Shown here: positions 1 through 10,082 of the stretch, piece after piece
How the letters are laid out: every line of letters starts with the position of its first letter
How positions within the stretch are numbered: the stretch's first letter is position 1
DNA from: Candidatus Jorgensenbacteria bacterium GW2011_GWA1_48_11
Lineage (GTDB): Bacteria; Patescibacteriota; Minisyncoccia; UBA6257; GWB1-50-10
Assembly: GCA_001003475.1 (NCBI GenBank)
Contig: LCPF01000002.1
Span: 2,190-64,175, forward strand
DNA: 61,986 nucleotides
Reading direction: 5' to 3'
Program-made: the position numbers and the translations under genes
Notes under the pieces: model-generated
Seen by the model: only the letters and a program-made list of their open reading frames with translations
What the model was told of the DNA's origin: nothing
Databases searched by the model: none

Positions 1-7
1 GGCTAAT

Positions 8-2476
8 TTGGTGATCACTTCGAGCGCCAACAGTAAGGTTTTGACAACCGGCGCCGGCACTTGGACCGTTTCCGGAAATTATAACCTTTCGAATATTACG
101 ACTTTCACGGTTTCGACCGGGAATACTCTCGTCATGTCCGGTTCCGGCACCCTAACATCCAATTCTCAAACTCTCCAAAACCTCACTCTTTCAGGCACAG
201 TCACTTTGGCGGCCGCTTCCCACATCGTGAACGGCAACCTGAACATGGCGGGCGGCACCGTGACTGCCACCGGTTCCACGGTCACAATGACCAGTTCCAC
301 CGCCGCCATCACCGGCGGGGGACAGACTTTGAATAACCTGACAGCCTCCTCGACGGGCACGATCACTCTAGAGACCTCCGGTCTTACGGTCGGCGGCACA
401 TTATTTGTTGCGACTTCTACGACTTTTTCCATTTCCACCGGATTGAACTTAACCCACGCCAGCACCACCCTTACTTTATACGGTACTGTTTCCGGGAACG
501 GCCGGTTGATCTATCAGTCCGCCGCTGTTTTTCCCTTGAGCGGTACGATTTCTTCTGTTTTGAGATTTGACGCGACGAACACCGATCAATCGCTGGCGGC
601 ACGGACTTACGGCGGCCAGGTGGAAGCGGTCAATACCGGGGGCACGGCGCGAATTTTAACCCTGGCGGCCGGCACTTATACTTTTGGCTCCAATCTTTAC
701 CTTTACGCTTCTTCAACCGGCAATTTGACCATTGACGGTTCGACCAATAATGCGACCGGTACCATTTCCGGCGATCTGAAATATTTGGGCGGCGGTGGCG
801 GTTCGGAAATAATCACTTTTTCTTCGGCTCCCTGGACCGTCGTCGGGGCTTTGGATATTTCGAACGGCAGTTTCACGGCGCCGGCCGGCAATTTCAATTT
901 GGGCGGCAATTATACGAATACCGGCGGCACTTTCACCAGTAATTCCGGCACTTTGACCTTGGACGGCGCCACGCCGCAGACCCTCGCCGGCACGATGGAC
1001 GGCGGCTCGGCTTTCAATGACCTGACCATTACCAATAATTCCGGCACCAATCCCGATACCTCACCGTCAATCATCTTCACGGCCACTTCAACCGTCAGCA
1101 CTTTTACGGCCGTCACCGCTTCGACGACCGTTAGATTTCAGGCCTCTTCAACCTTCGCTTTCACTAACATCAATTGGAACGGCCAAGCCAGCACTTCCCG
1201 GGTGGCCCTGCGGTCGTCGGCTTCGCCAGCGACCTGGTTTTTAAACGCCAATCCAGGCGGCAGCCAGACCGTTTCTTACGTTGACGCCAAAGATTCTAAT
1301 GCTTCGGTCGGCGACACCATCGCCGCCGCGGACGGCACCAATTTGAATTCCGGCGGCAATTCGAACTGGGACTTCGTTATCTCCGCGCCAATGGTCAGTT
1401 CAACGGCCGATGATGTCTTTGATTTCGGGGGGGCGACTACGACCGTGGCCAATATCAATATCAGGAGCGGTACCGGCAGCCCCGGCGGCCGGATAACTTC
1501 CTCAACGGACATTCGCGTCGTGATTCCGATATCTTTCCCCGCTCTTTGGGACGAATCAATCACCTCGATTACCTGCGCTGGCGGCAACGCCTGCGATAAG
1601 ATCGCCACCACCGGCGTCACTTATGCTTCCTCGAGCCGTATCGCCGTCGTCAATGTTCTGAATAATTTTTTGGGCAGCGATTGGGTGCAAATCGCCGGCT
1701 TAAAAATGGGTTCTTTCTCAGCCGTGAATGCCTCGACGACTATTCTGGGAATAAGAGTGGACGGATCAAGCGATGCGGTTAGTGATGCGACCGACACGCG
1801 CTCCAAAACTATCCGCGGCACTCTAACGATCCAAAATCACGCCTTGGCGCAAACTTCTAATCAGTTCGCTAATTCACCATCGTCCTTGACCGGTGCCGTT
1901 CTTTACCAGTACAAGGTCGTTCCCGCCGGCGAAAATATGAGCCTGACGACAACCACGATTTCCATCACGCAAGTGAACGGGTTTACGAGCGGCAATATCA
2001 CGAATGCCAAACTTTACATGGATTTGAACGATAACGGTTCTTTTGATGCCGGTGAACCGCAGTTGGGGATCGACGGAGTTACGACCATCGCTAATTCTTC
2101 AGGGACGATAGTCTTGGGCGGCAGCTGGAGCGCGACCACGACGCGGGATATTATCCTGCAAGCGGATGTGGCCGGCATTAATGTCGGCTACAACATGACC
2201 CTGGCTTTGCCGTCGGCCAATTTAAATGCGACTGGCACGGTAACGGCGGTAACGGTGCCGGCCTCGGGAACGGTGACAAGCATCAATCATGCCCGGCCAA
2301 ATGTTAGTTTTGGCGGCGGCAGCGGTGCCGGCGGCGGCGCCCAAGGCGGCGCTCCGCCGGAGAGCGGCGGCGCCCAAGGCGGGACACCCGCAGGTGGCGA
2401 CGGTGAAGGCGGCACGCCCACGGGCGGCGGCGTCGGCGGCGGCGGCGCCGGCGGTGGTGGAGGCGAAGCGCCGTAA
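8..2476 (+). CDS. Large Thr/Ser/Gly-rich surface protein with beta-strand repeats and a Gly-rich C-terminal tail; probably 5'-truncated by the window edge
   Basis: 822-aa ORF starting at the window edge; repeated TLTLxG/GGTF/NLTI beta-helix-like motifs; GGGxG tail. Confidence 0.75.
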   Translation: MVITSSANSKVLTTGAGTWTVSGNYNLSNITTFTVSTGNTLVMSGSGTLTSNSQTLQNLTLSGTVTLAAASHIVNGNLNMAGGTVTATGSTVTMTSSTAAITGGGQTLNNLTASSTGTITLETSGLTVGGTLFVATSTTFSISTGLNLTHASTTLTLYGTVSGNGRLIYQSAAVFPLSGTISSVLRFDATNTDQSLAARTYGGQVEAVNTGGTARILTLAAGTYTFGSNLYLYASSTGNLTIDGSTNNATGTISGDLKYLGGGGGSEIITFSSAPWTVVGALDISNGSFTAPAGNFNLGGNYTNTGGTFTSNSGTLTLDGATPQTLAGTMDGGSAFNDLTITNNSGTNPDTSPSIIFTATSTVSTFTAVTASTTVRFQASSTFAFTNINWNGQASTSRVALRSSASPATWFLNANPGGSQTVSYVDAKDSNASVGDTIAAADGTNLNSGGNSNWDFVISAPMVSSTADDVFDFGGATTTVANINIRSGTGSPGGRITSSTDIRVVIPISFPALWDESITSITCAGGNACDKIATTGVTYASSSRIAVVNVLNNFLGSDWVQIAGLKMGSFSAVNASTTILGIRVDGSSDAVSDATDTRSKTIRGTLTIQNHALAQTSNQFANSPSSLTGAVLYQYKVVPAGENMSLTTTTISITQVNGFTSGNITNAKLYMDLNDNGSFDAGEPQLGIDGVTTIANSSGTIVLGGSWSATTTRDIILQADVAGINVGYNMTLALPSANLNATGTVTAVTVPASGTVTSINHARPNVSFGGGSGAGGGAQGGAPPESGGAQGGTPAGGDGEGGTPTGGGVGGGGAGGGGGEAP

Positions 2477-2553
2477 TAGATAATTTTCCAAGAATTGTTT
2501 ATAATTGTGAATAAAAAAACGGTCGAAGCAGAACTTGAGATTTAGAATTACAA

Positions 2554-2973
2554 ATGGATCTGAACATCATTAAAAAAATAATTTTAGGATTAGTCGTCAT
2601 CGTGGTATTGCTCGTGGTTTTGTACTGGTTGGGTTGGTTGCCGTCCAATGTCATTCCCGGCGCTAGATCCCGCTATCAGGCGGTCTTCTTGACCAATGGC
2701 CAGGTTTATTTTGGTCATTTGGCTAAAGAGAGCAGCCAGTATCCGGTTTTGACGGACATTTATTACTTGCAGGTGAATCAGCCATCGCAGTCGCTTCAGC
2801 CGAGCGAGAATTCTTCGGCCAACATCAATCTGGTGAAATTGGGCGGTGAATTGCATGGACCGACCGACGAGATGAGGATCAACCGCGATCAGATATTGTT
2901 CATTGAGACTTTAAGGACCGATTCGGGCGTAGTGAAGGCGATTGATCAACTCCAAACGACGGCTAAAAAATAA
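2554..2973 (+). CDS. Small membrane-anchored hypothetical protein (YQAVFLTNGQVYFG motif)
   Basis: N-terminal TM helix plus soluble domain; TAGAAT 5 nt upstream of the ATG. Confidence 0.75.
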   Translation: MDLNIIKKIILGLVVIVVLLVVLYWLGWLPSNVIPGARSRYQAVFLTNGQVYFGHLAKESSQYPVLTDIYYLQVNQPSQSLQPSENSSANINLVKLGGELHGPTDEMRINRDQILFIETLRTDSGVVKAIDQLQTTAKK

Positions 2974-3049
2974 GTTAGCGGCTGAAGCCAGCCACCGTTT
3001 GAACGGCGACTCAGTCTGGAGCGAATCTTTTAACAGGTAGTAATGCCGC

Positions 3050-3538
3050 ATGATCAGAAATTTTTTCATCATCATTTTATCCGGCAGCCTGCTGTTTGCC
3101 GGGCTTGGCGTCAAAGCCGCCGATTTTTCCTCCACTAATTTTACAGTTAAGGATCCGGTGATCGAATCCGGGGCGGGTTATGCCACTTCCGCGAGTTACC
3201 GGCTTTGGAGCGCCTTGGGCCAACCGGCAATCGGCATTTCTTCGGTCACTAGCTTCGGTCTTCGGGGCGGCTTCCTTTATTTTCCGGCGCCGACAGTGGC
3301 GACTTCTGCCGTGGTGCCGACAGAAACGCCGCCCAGTTCCGGCGGGGGCGGCGGCAATCCATTAGCTTCTTTCGATTTTAATGGAGATGGCGAGATCAAT
3401 ATCGTCGATCTGAGCATTTTTATGTATTTTTACGGCAAAACCGGGTCAGTTATTCAGCGTTACGATCTGAATCACGATGATAAGATTGATCTGGTGGACG
3501 TTTCAATAATTTTTTATTACTGGACCGAAATCGCATGA
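3050..3538 (+). CDS. Secreted protein with C-terminal dockerin type I-like (double Ca-binding loop) domain
   Basis: Signal peptide; DFNGDGEINIVDLS and DLNHDDKIDLVDVS repeats after a Gly/Pro linker. Confidence 0.8.
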   Translation: MIRNFFIIILSGSLLFAGLGVKAADFSSTNFTVKDPVIESGAGYATSASYRLWSALGQPAIGISSVTSFGLRGGFLYFPAPTVATSAVVPTETPPSSGGGGGNPLASFDFNGDGEINIVDLSIFMYFYGKTGSVIQRYDLNHDDKIDLVDVSIIFYYWTEIA

Positions 3539-4410
3539 ACAGGATTTTGAAAATCGGCATTGTTTTTGCTTCGATCGCGATCGGTCTCGGCTTTAGCGTT
3601 GGCATCAGGGCCGCTTCCGGGCCGATGGTTTATTTTAAAAGTGATGCTTTGAATGTTGCGCCGGATTCGGAATTCCGGGTGACTGTTTTGGCCGGTAGTC
3701 CGGAAACGATTAACGCCTTGAATCTTCAGATCGGCTATTCGGCCGATGTGGCCGAACTAAAGTACGTGGATACGAAAAATTCTTTGGTCAGTTTCTGGCA
3801 GGACAGTCCCAGGGTATTGTCGCCCGGCATTCTGAAATTAGAAGGCGCTGCATCGCCGCCATTTTTTGAAGGCGATAACGGCGAAGTGGCAAGCTTGGTC
3901 TTCCGTGCGATCAAAAGCGGCGTTTTGAATCTGCGCTTAGCAAGTGGAAATTTTTATCTGGCCGACGGCCAGGGCACGGCCGTGAAGCCGGTTGGCCGAT
4001 CATTTCAGGTGGAGATCAGTGCTGCTGGCGAATTGGTAACGGCGGCGATTCCTCGAGATGCAACGCCGCCGGAATTGCAGATTCAGACTACGAATTTGAC
4101 CGACGTCAAGACCCCCCTCATCGTTTTCAATGTCCAGGACAGGGAATCCGGCGTTAATTACGTCGCGATGAGGAGTATTGATTGGTTTCGTTGGAACGAT
4201 TGGCAAATCGTGATCAATCCGGTCTTGTCGCCGGTCGGCGCTTGGGCGATCCAGTTTCAGGCCGTAAACAGGCAGAACGAATCTGTCTTTCGAACAATCT
4301 ATCTTTGGCCGGAAATTTCCAAAAAAAGCATTCTTATTTTCGGTGGATTAGTCTTATTAATCATTCTGGTTTTTATGTTCTATAATAAACATAAGAGGCG
4401 CAGGCTATGA
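3535..4410 (+). CDS. Cohesin-like domain membrane protein
   Basis: Signal peptide, cohesin-like beta-sandwich (INALNLQIGYS...LADGQGT), C-terminal TM; overlaps both neighbours by 4 nt. Confidence 0.7.
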   Translation: MNRILKIGIVFASIAIGLGFSVGIRAASGPMVYFKSDALNVAPDSEFRVTVLAGSPETINALNLQIGYSADVAELKYVDTKNSLVSFWQDSPRVLSPGILKLEGAASPPFFEGDNGEVASLVFRAIKSGVLNLRLASGNFYLADGQGTAVKPVGRSFQVEISAAGELVTAAIPRDATPPELQIQTTNLTDVKTPLIVFNVQDRESGVNYVAMRSIDWFRWNDWQIVINPVLSPVGAWAIQFQAVNRQNESVFRTIYLWPEISKKSILIFGGLVLLIILVFMFYNKHKRRRL

Positions 4411-6452
4411 AACGTCTTATTTTCACGTCGTTATTCGTGTTTGGGGGGGTCTTAGCCGCCGCTACGACGGTTTCGGCCGCCACTTTCTCAATTAGTCCCT
4501 CGACCGGCACTTTTACGGTTGGGAGCACTTTTGACGTTTCGGTTCTTCTGGATACCAAAAACCAGTCGGTTAATGCCGTTCAAATGGTCTTGAATTTTCC
4601 GCCGGACAAGCTGCAATTGGTTTCGCCGGCGGCCAGCCGTTCCGTTATCGGAATCTGGACTGGTCCGCCTCAATTCAACAATCAGACCGGCGAAGTCAAT
4701 TTTCAAGGCGGTATCCCCAACGGGATCAATGTTTCGAGTGGTTTGATCACGAATTTAACGTTCCGCATCAAATCCGTCGGTCAGGCGGTCTTGAAATTTT
4801 CCGATTCCAGCAAGGTCCTTTTGAACGACGGTTTGGGTACGGATGTTTTAAGTCAAACCCAAAATGCGATCTATGACTTTGTCTTGCCGTCGCCGGCCGG
4901 GCCGATCGTCGTCTCGAAGACTAATCCCGACCAGACCAAGTGGTATAAAGGTCCTTTGGTGACTTTTGATTGGGCATCGAGTTTTACCGGCATCCAGGGT
5001 TTTAGCTACATTTTCAACGATAATCCGGTTGACGAGCCTGATAAAATTTCCGAAGGAATGCAAACCCGGGTGGCGTATCAAAGCGTGGCCGATGGCACGC
5101 ATTATTTTCACGTTCGGTCTTTGCGGGATGGAACTTGGGGCGGCACCACTGATTTCGCCGTGAATGTGGATGCGAGTCCGCCAGCCGATTTTAAAATACA
5201 AATAATTCCTTCGGAAACGACGGCCAGGAGACAGCCAATCATTCAATTTTTTACCACTGACGCCAATTCCGGCATTGACCACTATGAATTGAAGCTGATA
5301 CCGCTTTCTGTTCAGACTTCAAGCAGTTTCGGTCAAAACGGCAATCAGCAGTTTTTCGTCGAAACCCAAAATCCTTACGTGACGCCACCGCTTCAGGACG
5401 GCGATTACGACGTGATCGTGCGCGTTTATGATAAGGCCGGAAATTACCGCGACGTCACTCAAAGATTGCAAATTCGGCAGGCCATCTTCGAATTTCTGGG
5501 AATCGGGGGATTGCGTTTGCGGAGCTATTTGGTGATTCCCTGGTTTTGGTTTTTTCTAGTCGGGTTTATTCTTTTGGGGATTTTAATTTTGTTCACAATC
5601 CGTTTGAGAAAATGGCATCGAGAGCATGATCTAAAGGTGGCAACCAGTCAGTTGCCGGGTCATATTAAGGCTCAGCTTGAAGAATTGAAAAACTTTCGTA
5701 AAAAATACCGCAAAAGTTTGATGGTTTTGCTCCTCGTTGGTTTTGTCTGGTTTGGTTTCACTAGCCAGAGGGTAATGGCTCAGGACTTGGCTTTGTCGCC
5801 GCCTTTAGTGACGAATGTCTCGAAGAACATTACCGACCAGGACATATTCTACATCGGTGGCAAAACGGATATGGCTGGCGTTGACGTGATCATTTATATC
5901 CAGAATCTTCGGACCGGCGGTACGATGAGCGAAATGGCGAGATCGGACCAGAAGGGCGATTGGTTCTACCGCAATCCAACCTTCCTCATGCCGGGAAATT
6001 ATCTTCTGTGGGCTCAAGCCAGGCTTGGCGATGTCTCGAGTCCGCCCAGTCCGCAGATTCAAATATCCGTTGCCCAGACCGCGATTCAGTTCGGCGCTTC
6101 GCGTTTGAGCTATGAGGTGATTTATCTAATCTTGATCGTCGTTCTTTTCCTGGCGATATTGATCCTCATTATTTACCTGGCGATTCACAGTTACCGCGCC
6201 AGAATCAAAAATAAGCGTTTCTTAAAAGAGGTTAAGGAAGCGGAAGAATCAGTGCGCCGGGGCTTCGCTGTTTTGCGTCGGGACATCCACGCCGAGCTGG
6301 ATTTGGTCAAAAAGGCGAAATTCAACCGCGACCTTTCCGTTGAAGAAAAAAATCAGGAAGCGCAGATGCTGAAGGACTTGGAAGCGGTGGAAAAGTACAT
6401 CAGTAAGGAAATTTGGGAAGTTGAAAATTCCTCGTCCCAAACCGATTCCTGA
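4407..6452 (+). CDS. Cohesin-like domain protein with Ig-like domains, TM segments and C-terminal coiled coil
   Basis: VGSTFDVSVLLDT..VNAV..LNFPPDKL..LNDGLGT cohesin pattern; internal TM helices. Confidence 0.72.
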   Translation: MKRLIFTSLFVFGGVLAAATTVSAATFSISPSTGTFTVGSTFDVSVLLDTKNQSVNAVQMVLNFPPDKLQLVSPAASRSVIGIWTGPPQFNNQTGEVNFQGGIPNGINVSSGLITNLTFRIKSVGQAVLKFSDSSKVLLNDGLGTDVLSQTQNAIYDFVLPSPAGPIVVSKTNPDQTKWYKGPLVTFDWASSFTGIQGFSYIFNDNPVDEPDKISEGMQTRVAYQSVADGTHYFHVRSLRDGTWGGTTDFAVNVDASPPADFKIQIIPSETTARRQPIIQFFTTDANSGIDHYELKLIPLSVQTSSSFGQNGNQQFFVETQNPYVTPPLQDGDYDVIVRVYDKAGNYRDVTQRLQIRQAIFEFLGIGGLRLRSYLVIPWFWFFLVGFILLGILILFTIRLRKWHREHDLKVATSQLPGHIKAQLEELKNFRKKYRKSLMVLLLVGFVWFGFTSQRVMAQDLALSPPLVTNVSKNITDQDIFYIGGKTDMAGVDVIIYIQNLRTGGTMSEMARSDQKGDWFYRNPTFLMPGNYLLWAQARLGDVSSPPSPQIQISVAQTAIQFGASRLSYEVIYLILIVVLFLAILILIIYLAIHSYRARIKNKRFLKEVKEAEESVRRGFAVLRRDIHAELDLVKKAKFNRDLSVEEKNQEAQMLKDLEAVEKYISKEIWEVENSSSQTDS

Positions 6453-6528
6453 TTTAAGATGATTCCATAGGGTCAAGACTGATTTTTCCAGGTTTTGCGC
6501 AGAATAAAGTAGGGGTTTTAAACGATTA

Positions 6529-7134
6529 ATGACGGAAGCCATCCAATTGCCGGTTATCTTGTCTTACGCCCTGGGTTTGGCGGCCCAGTTGAAATACCCG
6601 TTGGTCGTCGTGGGGACTATTATAGAGGGGCCGGTCCTGATGGTTGCGGCCGGCTTTTTGTATCGTCTGGATTTTTTCGATTTGCTGCCGCTCTTCTTGT
6701 CATTGATGGTGGGCGATTTGATCGGCGATATGCTCTGGTACGGCGTCGGCTATTATTTTGCCGACCCCTTCATCGGGAAGTTCGGCCGTTTTTTGGGCAT
6801 CACTCCTGAGATGTTCGAAAGAGGCAAGACTTTCTTTCAGCGGCATGACGTGAAAATCCTGGTCATCTCCAAAATTACTTTGGGTTTTGGCATGGCTTTG
6901 GCGACCTTGCTCGCCGCCGGCGCGAGCCGGGTGCCGATGCGCACTTATTTGTCCTTGAATGCCGGCGGCGAGGTTTTCCTCGTGGGCGGTCTTCTAGCCG
7001 TCGGCTATTTCTTCGGCCATGTTTACACTTTCGTTTCGGCCGGTTTCCGGACGGTTTTCGTGCTGGCGATGGCGGTCTTGGTCGTTTTTTTGATCCATAA
7101 TTTTTCCAAGTACGTGCGGCGGGTAATATCATGA
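6529..7134 (+). CDS. DedA family membrane protein
   Basis: EGPVLMVAAG, GDLIGDMLWYGVG, AGASRVP motifs. Confidence 0.85.
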   Translation: MTEAIQLPVILSYALGLAAQLKYPLVVVGTIIEGPVLMVAAGFLYRLDFFDLLPLFLSLMVGDLIGDMLWYGVGYYFADPFIGKFGRFLGITPEMFERGKTFFQRHDVKILVISKITLGFGMALATLLAAGASRVPMRTYLSLNAGGEVFLVGGLLAVGYFFGHVYTFVSAGFRTVFVLAMAVLVVFLIHNFSKYVRRVIS

Positions 7135-7850
7135 TCTCTTTCATTATTCCGACGAAAAACGAGGGGAAAACGCTCGAGAAAACATTGCGGTGTCTTATTC
7201 GATATTCCGGTTCCCGTGAAATAATCGTTTCGGACGGCAGGAGCACTGATGAGACCGCGGCGATTGCCGAAAAATACGCCGATCAAGTAATCGAATATAA
7301 GGGCATAGGGAAACAGGGGATTGCCGCCGGCCGGAACGCAGGCGCGGCCGCGGCCAAAGGCGATCTGCTTCTGTTTTTGGACGCGGATATGTGTATCGAC
7401 AAGCCCGATGATTTCTTCGGGGCGGCGATCGCTTGCTTTGAAAAAGATTCAGGATTGGTCGGTTTGACCGTTAATTTGCGGGTTTTTCCGGAAATGGCCA
7501 CTTGGGCCGACCGCTTCATTTTCGGCGCCCTAAGCATCCAGTACCGGCTTGAAAATAATTTTTTGGGCATTGGCGCGGCTTCGGGCGAGTTCCAGATGGT
7601 AAGAGCGAACGCTTTCCGGCGGGTGGGCGGCTATAACGAGCGTCTGGCGGCGGCCGAAGACCATGATTTGTTCCGCCGGCTGAGGAAAATCGGCCGGACC
7701 AGATTCGAAAAAACGCTCACTGTTTTTCATACCGGCCGCCGGGCCCACGCCGTGGGCTGGCCGAAACTGCTTTTGACTTGGGCCATTAACGGCCTTTCCG
7801 TCCTCATTTTCAAGAGGTCCGCGAGCAAGGAGTGGGAAGAGGTTCGCTGA
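7131..7850 (+). CDS. Glycosyltransferase family 2
   Basis: ISFIIPTKNE, DGRSTDET, FLDAD, EDHDL. Confidence 0.9.
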   Translation: MISFIIPTKNEGKTLEKTLRCLIRYSGSREIIVSDGRSTDETAAIAEKYADQVIEYKGIGKQGIAAGRNAGAAAAKGDLLLFLDADMCIDKPDDFFGAAIACFEKDSGLVGLTVNLRVFPEMATWADRFIFGALSIQYRLENNFLGIGAASGEFQMVRANAFRRVGGYNERLAAAEDHDLFRRLRKIGRTRFEKTLTVFHTGRRAHAVGWPKLLLTWAINGLSVLIFKRSASKEWEEVR

Positions 7851-7871
7851 AAAATACAACAAAACAGGAAA

Positions 7872-8585
7872 ATGAAATTAAGCATCGTCATCCCGGCCTT
7901 TAACGAGGAAAAAAACATCGGGCAGAGCGTCCGGAGTCTCCTCCGGCAGGATTTCAAGCGAGAAGATTACGAGATCATCGTCGTGGACAACAATTCCACC
8001 GATAGAACTTCGGCGGCGGCGCGGGAGGCCGGCGCCGATAAAGTGGTTCTCGAAAAAATCAAAGGCATTAATGTAGCCCGGAACCGGGGCTATCTTGAGT
8101 CGCGAGGGGAGATCATCGCTTTTTTGGACGCCGATTCGGAGGTGTTGGGCGATTGGATGGCGAGGATCGTGGAGGATCTGGCTCCCGAGGAGATTGCGGC
8201 CGTTTCCGGCCCTTATGAATATTATTTTAAGGGTTGGCAGGGGTTCTTGGCTAAAATCTATCAGCATTTTCTCATACCGAAAACGCCGCTTGTTCTCGAA
8301 TTGCTTTTCCGCCGCAAGGCCGGCGTGATTATCGGCGGCAATTTTGCCGTCAAGCGCTGGGCTTTCGTGAAAACCCAAGGCATTCCGACGCATTCTTTTT
8401 GGGGCGACGACGCTTTTATTGCGATGCTCGTGAGTCGAAAAGCGGGCCGGGTTCTTTTCGATACCCGTTTGATGGTGAAGAGTTCATCCCGCCGGTTTAC
8501 GAAAGAGGGCTTTTTTCACCTGCCTTTTCTTTATGCCAAAGCTTATTTCAAGGCCTATTTCGAAGACTCAACCCCGCCGAAATAG
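7872..8585 (+). CDS. Glycosyltransferase family 2
   Basis: SIVIPAFNEE, VVDNNSTDRT, ARNRG, FLDAD, SSRRF. Confidence 0.9.
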   Translation: MKLSIVIPAFNEEKNIGQSVRSLLRQDFKREDYEIIVVDNNSTDRTSAAAREAGADKVVLEKIKGINVARNRGYLESRGEIIAFLDADSEVLGDWMARIVEDLAPEEIAAVSGPYEYYFKGWQGFLAKIYQHFLIPKTPLVLELLFRRKAGVIIGGNFAVKRWAFVKTQGIPTHSFWGDDAFIAMLVSRKAGRVLFDTRLMVKSSSRRFTKEGFFHLPFLYAKAYFKAYFEDSTPPK

Positions 8586-8594
8586 ATAAAGCGA

Positions 8595-8975
8595 TTACCC
8601 GTTGGTAACCGCTTTATGATGTTTCACTTCCGTGATCTTGTTTTTGTCGTCGACGAAAACGATGATCGGGTCGATTTGGTCCAGTTCCTTGGGGTCGATC
8701 AAGGCTTCGGCCAAAATGATGATCTTGTCGCCGGGCTGGAAATGGCGGGCCGGCGGTCCGTTCAGGCAGATCTGGCCGCTGCCGCTTTTCCCGGGCACGG
8801 CATAGGTTTGCCAAAAGATGCCGTTCGCCGTATTCGTGATGTTCACGTATTGGAAATGCTTGATGCCGCTTTGCGCCATGAGCTCGGCGTCAATGGTGAT
8901 CGAGCCGACGTAATTCAGGTCGGCTTCGGTCACGGTGGCCCTGTGGATTTTGGCGGTACAGACCCGGATAAGCAT
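8595..8975 (-). CDS. panD: Aspartate 1-decarboxylase-family pyruvoyl proenzyme (atypical active site)
   Basis: KIHRATVTEADLNYVG|SITID with G24-S25 cleavage site, K9, Y58, ICLNG. Confidence 0.85.
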   Translation of the reverse strand: MLIRVCTAKIHRATVTEADLNYVGSITIDAELMAQSGIKHFQYVNITNTANGIFWQTYAVPGKSGSGQICLNGPPARHFQPGDKIIILAEALIDPKELDQIDPIIVFVDDKNKITEVKHHKAVTNG

Positions 8976-9060
8976 ATGGATGTATTATAGAACATTTCGT
9001 TCCGGTTGTGTCCTCTGGTTCAATGCCGGTTTTTTTTAAACATGCTAAAATTATCCAATT

Positions 9061-9792
9061 ATGGGTTTAGGCAGGATATTCCTCTCGGCCTTGGCGATAA
9101 TTTTAGGCGTTGCGACAAGCGTCTACTTTTTCATTTCCTGGTGGCGGCACCGCGATAAAAAAAAGCCGCTGGCCCTTCTCTACTGGGCCATAGCGTTGTT
9201 TTTGATGTACTGGTTTCAGGCGCCGGCCATCTTCGTTAGTTTCGGCAAATCCATTACCGTCACGGATTTCAATTTCTTCTTTGCCCTAACTCTCCCCATA
9301 ACTTTTTTAGCGCTAATACTCGTTTACTCGGGGCTTATTCGGCTAGCCGGTATTAATTTGAACCAAAAATACAAAATATTGTTCGCCGTCTGGTTTCTTA
9401 TCGCGGTATTGTTCTTCGGCTACCACTTTTTTATTAAAGGCGGGATCATCAAAGATTATTTATTGCCTATCGCCGGCAACGTCGCTTTCTACGTTCCCAT
9501 CCGCATATTGATTATTGTTACGGTCCTGAAACTGTTTTGCCGGCCGGGATTAATGAATGTTTACGGGATTCTCGGCGTCGCGGGCATTGTTACGGAAGCC
9601 GTTTTGGGCCTGATGCGCAATTTTTTCATACTAAAAACCGTCATGGTTTATCCGCCCAGTTTTTGGTATTTGGCGATATTGGATTCGCCGTTTTTCCTGG
9701 TTGCGCAGACCGCAAGCGTCCTGCTTTTTGTCTTCGGATTTTTCTTCCTGCATCTTGCCCAGCACGGCTCGCGTCGGGAGTTGGGCCAATAG
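9061..9792 (+). CDS. Polytopic membrane protein, unknown function
   Basis: 243 aa with about 7 hydrophobic segments. Confidence 0.7.
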   Translation: MGLGRIFLSALAIILGVATSVYFFISWWRHRDKKKPLALLYWAIALFLMYWFQAPAIFVSFGKSITVTDFNFFFALTLPITFLALILVYSGLIRLAGINLNQKYKILFAVWFLIAVLFFGYHFFIKGGIIKDYLLPIAGNVAFYVPIRILIIVTVLKLFCRPGLMNVYGILGVAGIVTEAVLGLMRNFFILKTVMVYPPSFWYLAILDSPFFLVAQTASVLLFVFGFFFLHLAQHGSRRELGQ

Positions 9793-9814
9793 ACGGCGGA
9801 GCCATTTTATCTTT

Positions 9815-10054
9815 TTACTTTTTGAGTTTTCGCCCGCGGAGATAGGCGATTAGAAGCCATATAAAGAGCGAGATCAGGCATAGAATTCCGAAAACAACCA
9901 CGTAAATAAGAACGACTGCCGGCATGACGATTATGCCGCCCAAGCCCGCTTCGCTTGTCGGGGATGACAGGCGATAAAAAGCATAGACGGCAATGCCGGC
10001 CGAACCGATGATAAAAACCGCAGCGTGATAAATGAAAATTTTAAGTTTTTTCAT
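9815..10054 (-). CDS. Small 2-TM hypothetical protein
   Basis: 79 aa, two hydrophobic helices, basic termini. Confidence 0.6.
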   Translation of the reverse strand: MKKLKIFIYHAAVFIIGSAGIAVYAFYRLSSPTSEAGLGGIIVMPAVVLIYVVVFGILCLISLFIWLLIAYLRGRKLKK

Positions 10055-10082
10055 TTGTCCATTCTGGTTATTGGTCCGCCCT

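Noticed and set aside
2310-2470. GGC-rich tract as a DNA repeat element
   Set aside because: Explained by the Gly-rich protein tail.
2975-3049. Riboswitch between the 2554 gene and the dockerin gene
   Set aside because: Some pairing potential, but no recognisable aptamer consensus.
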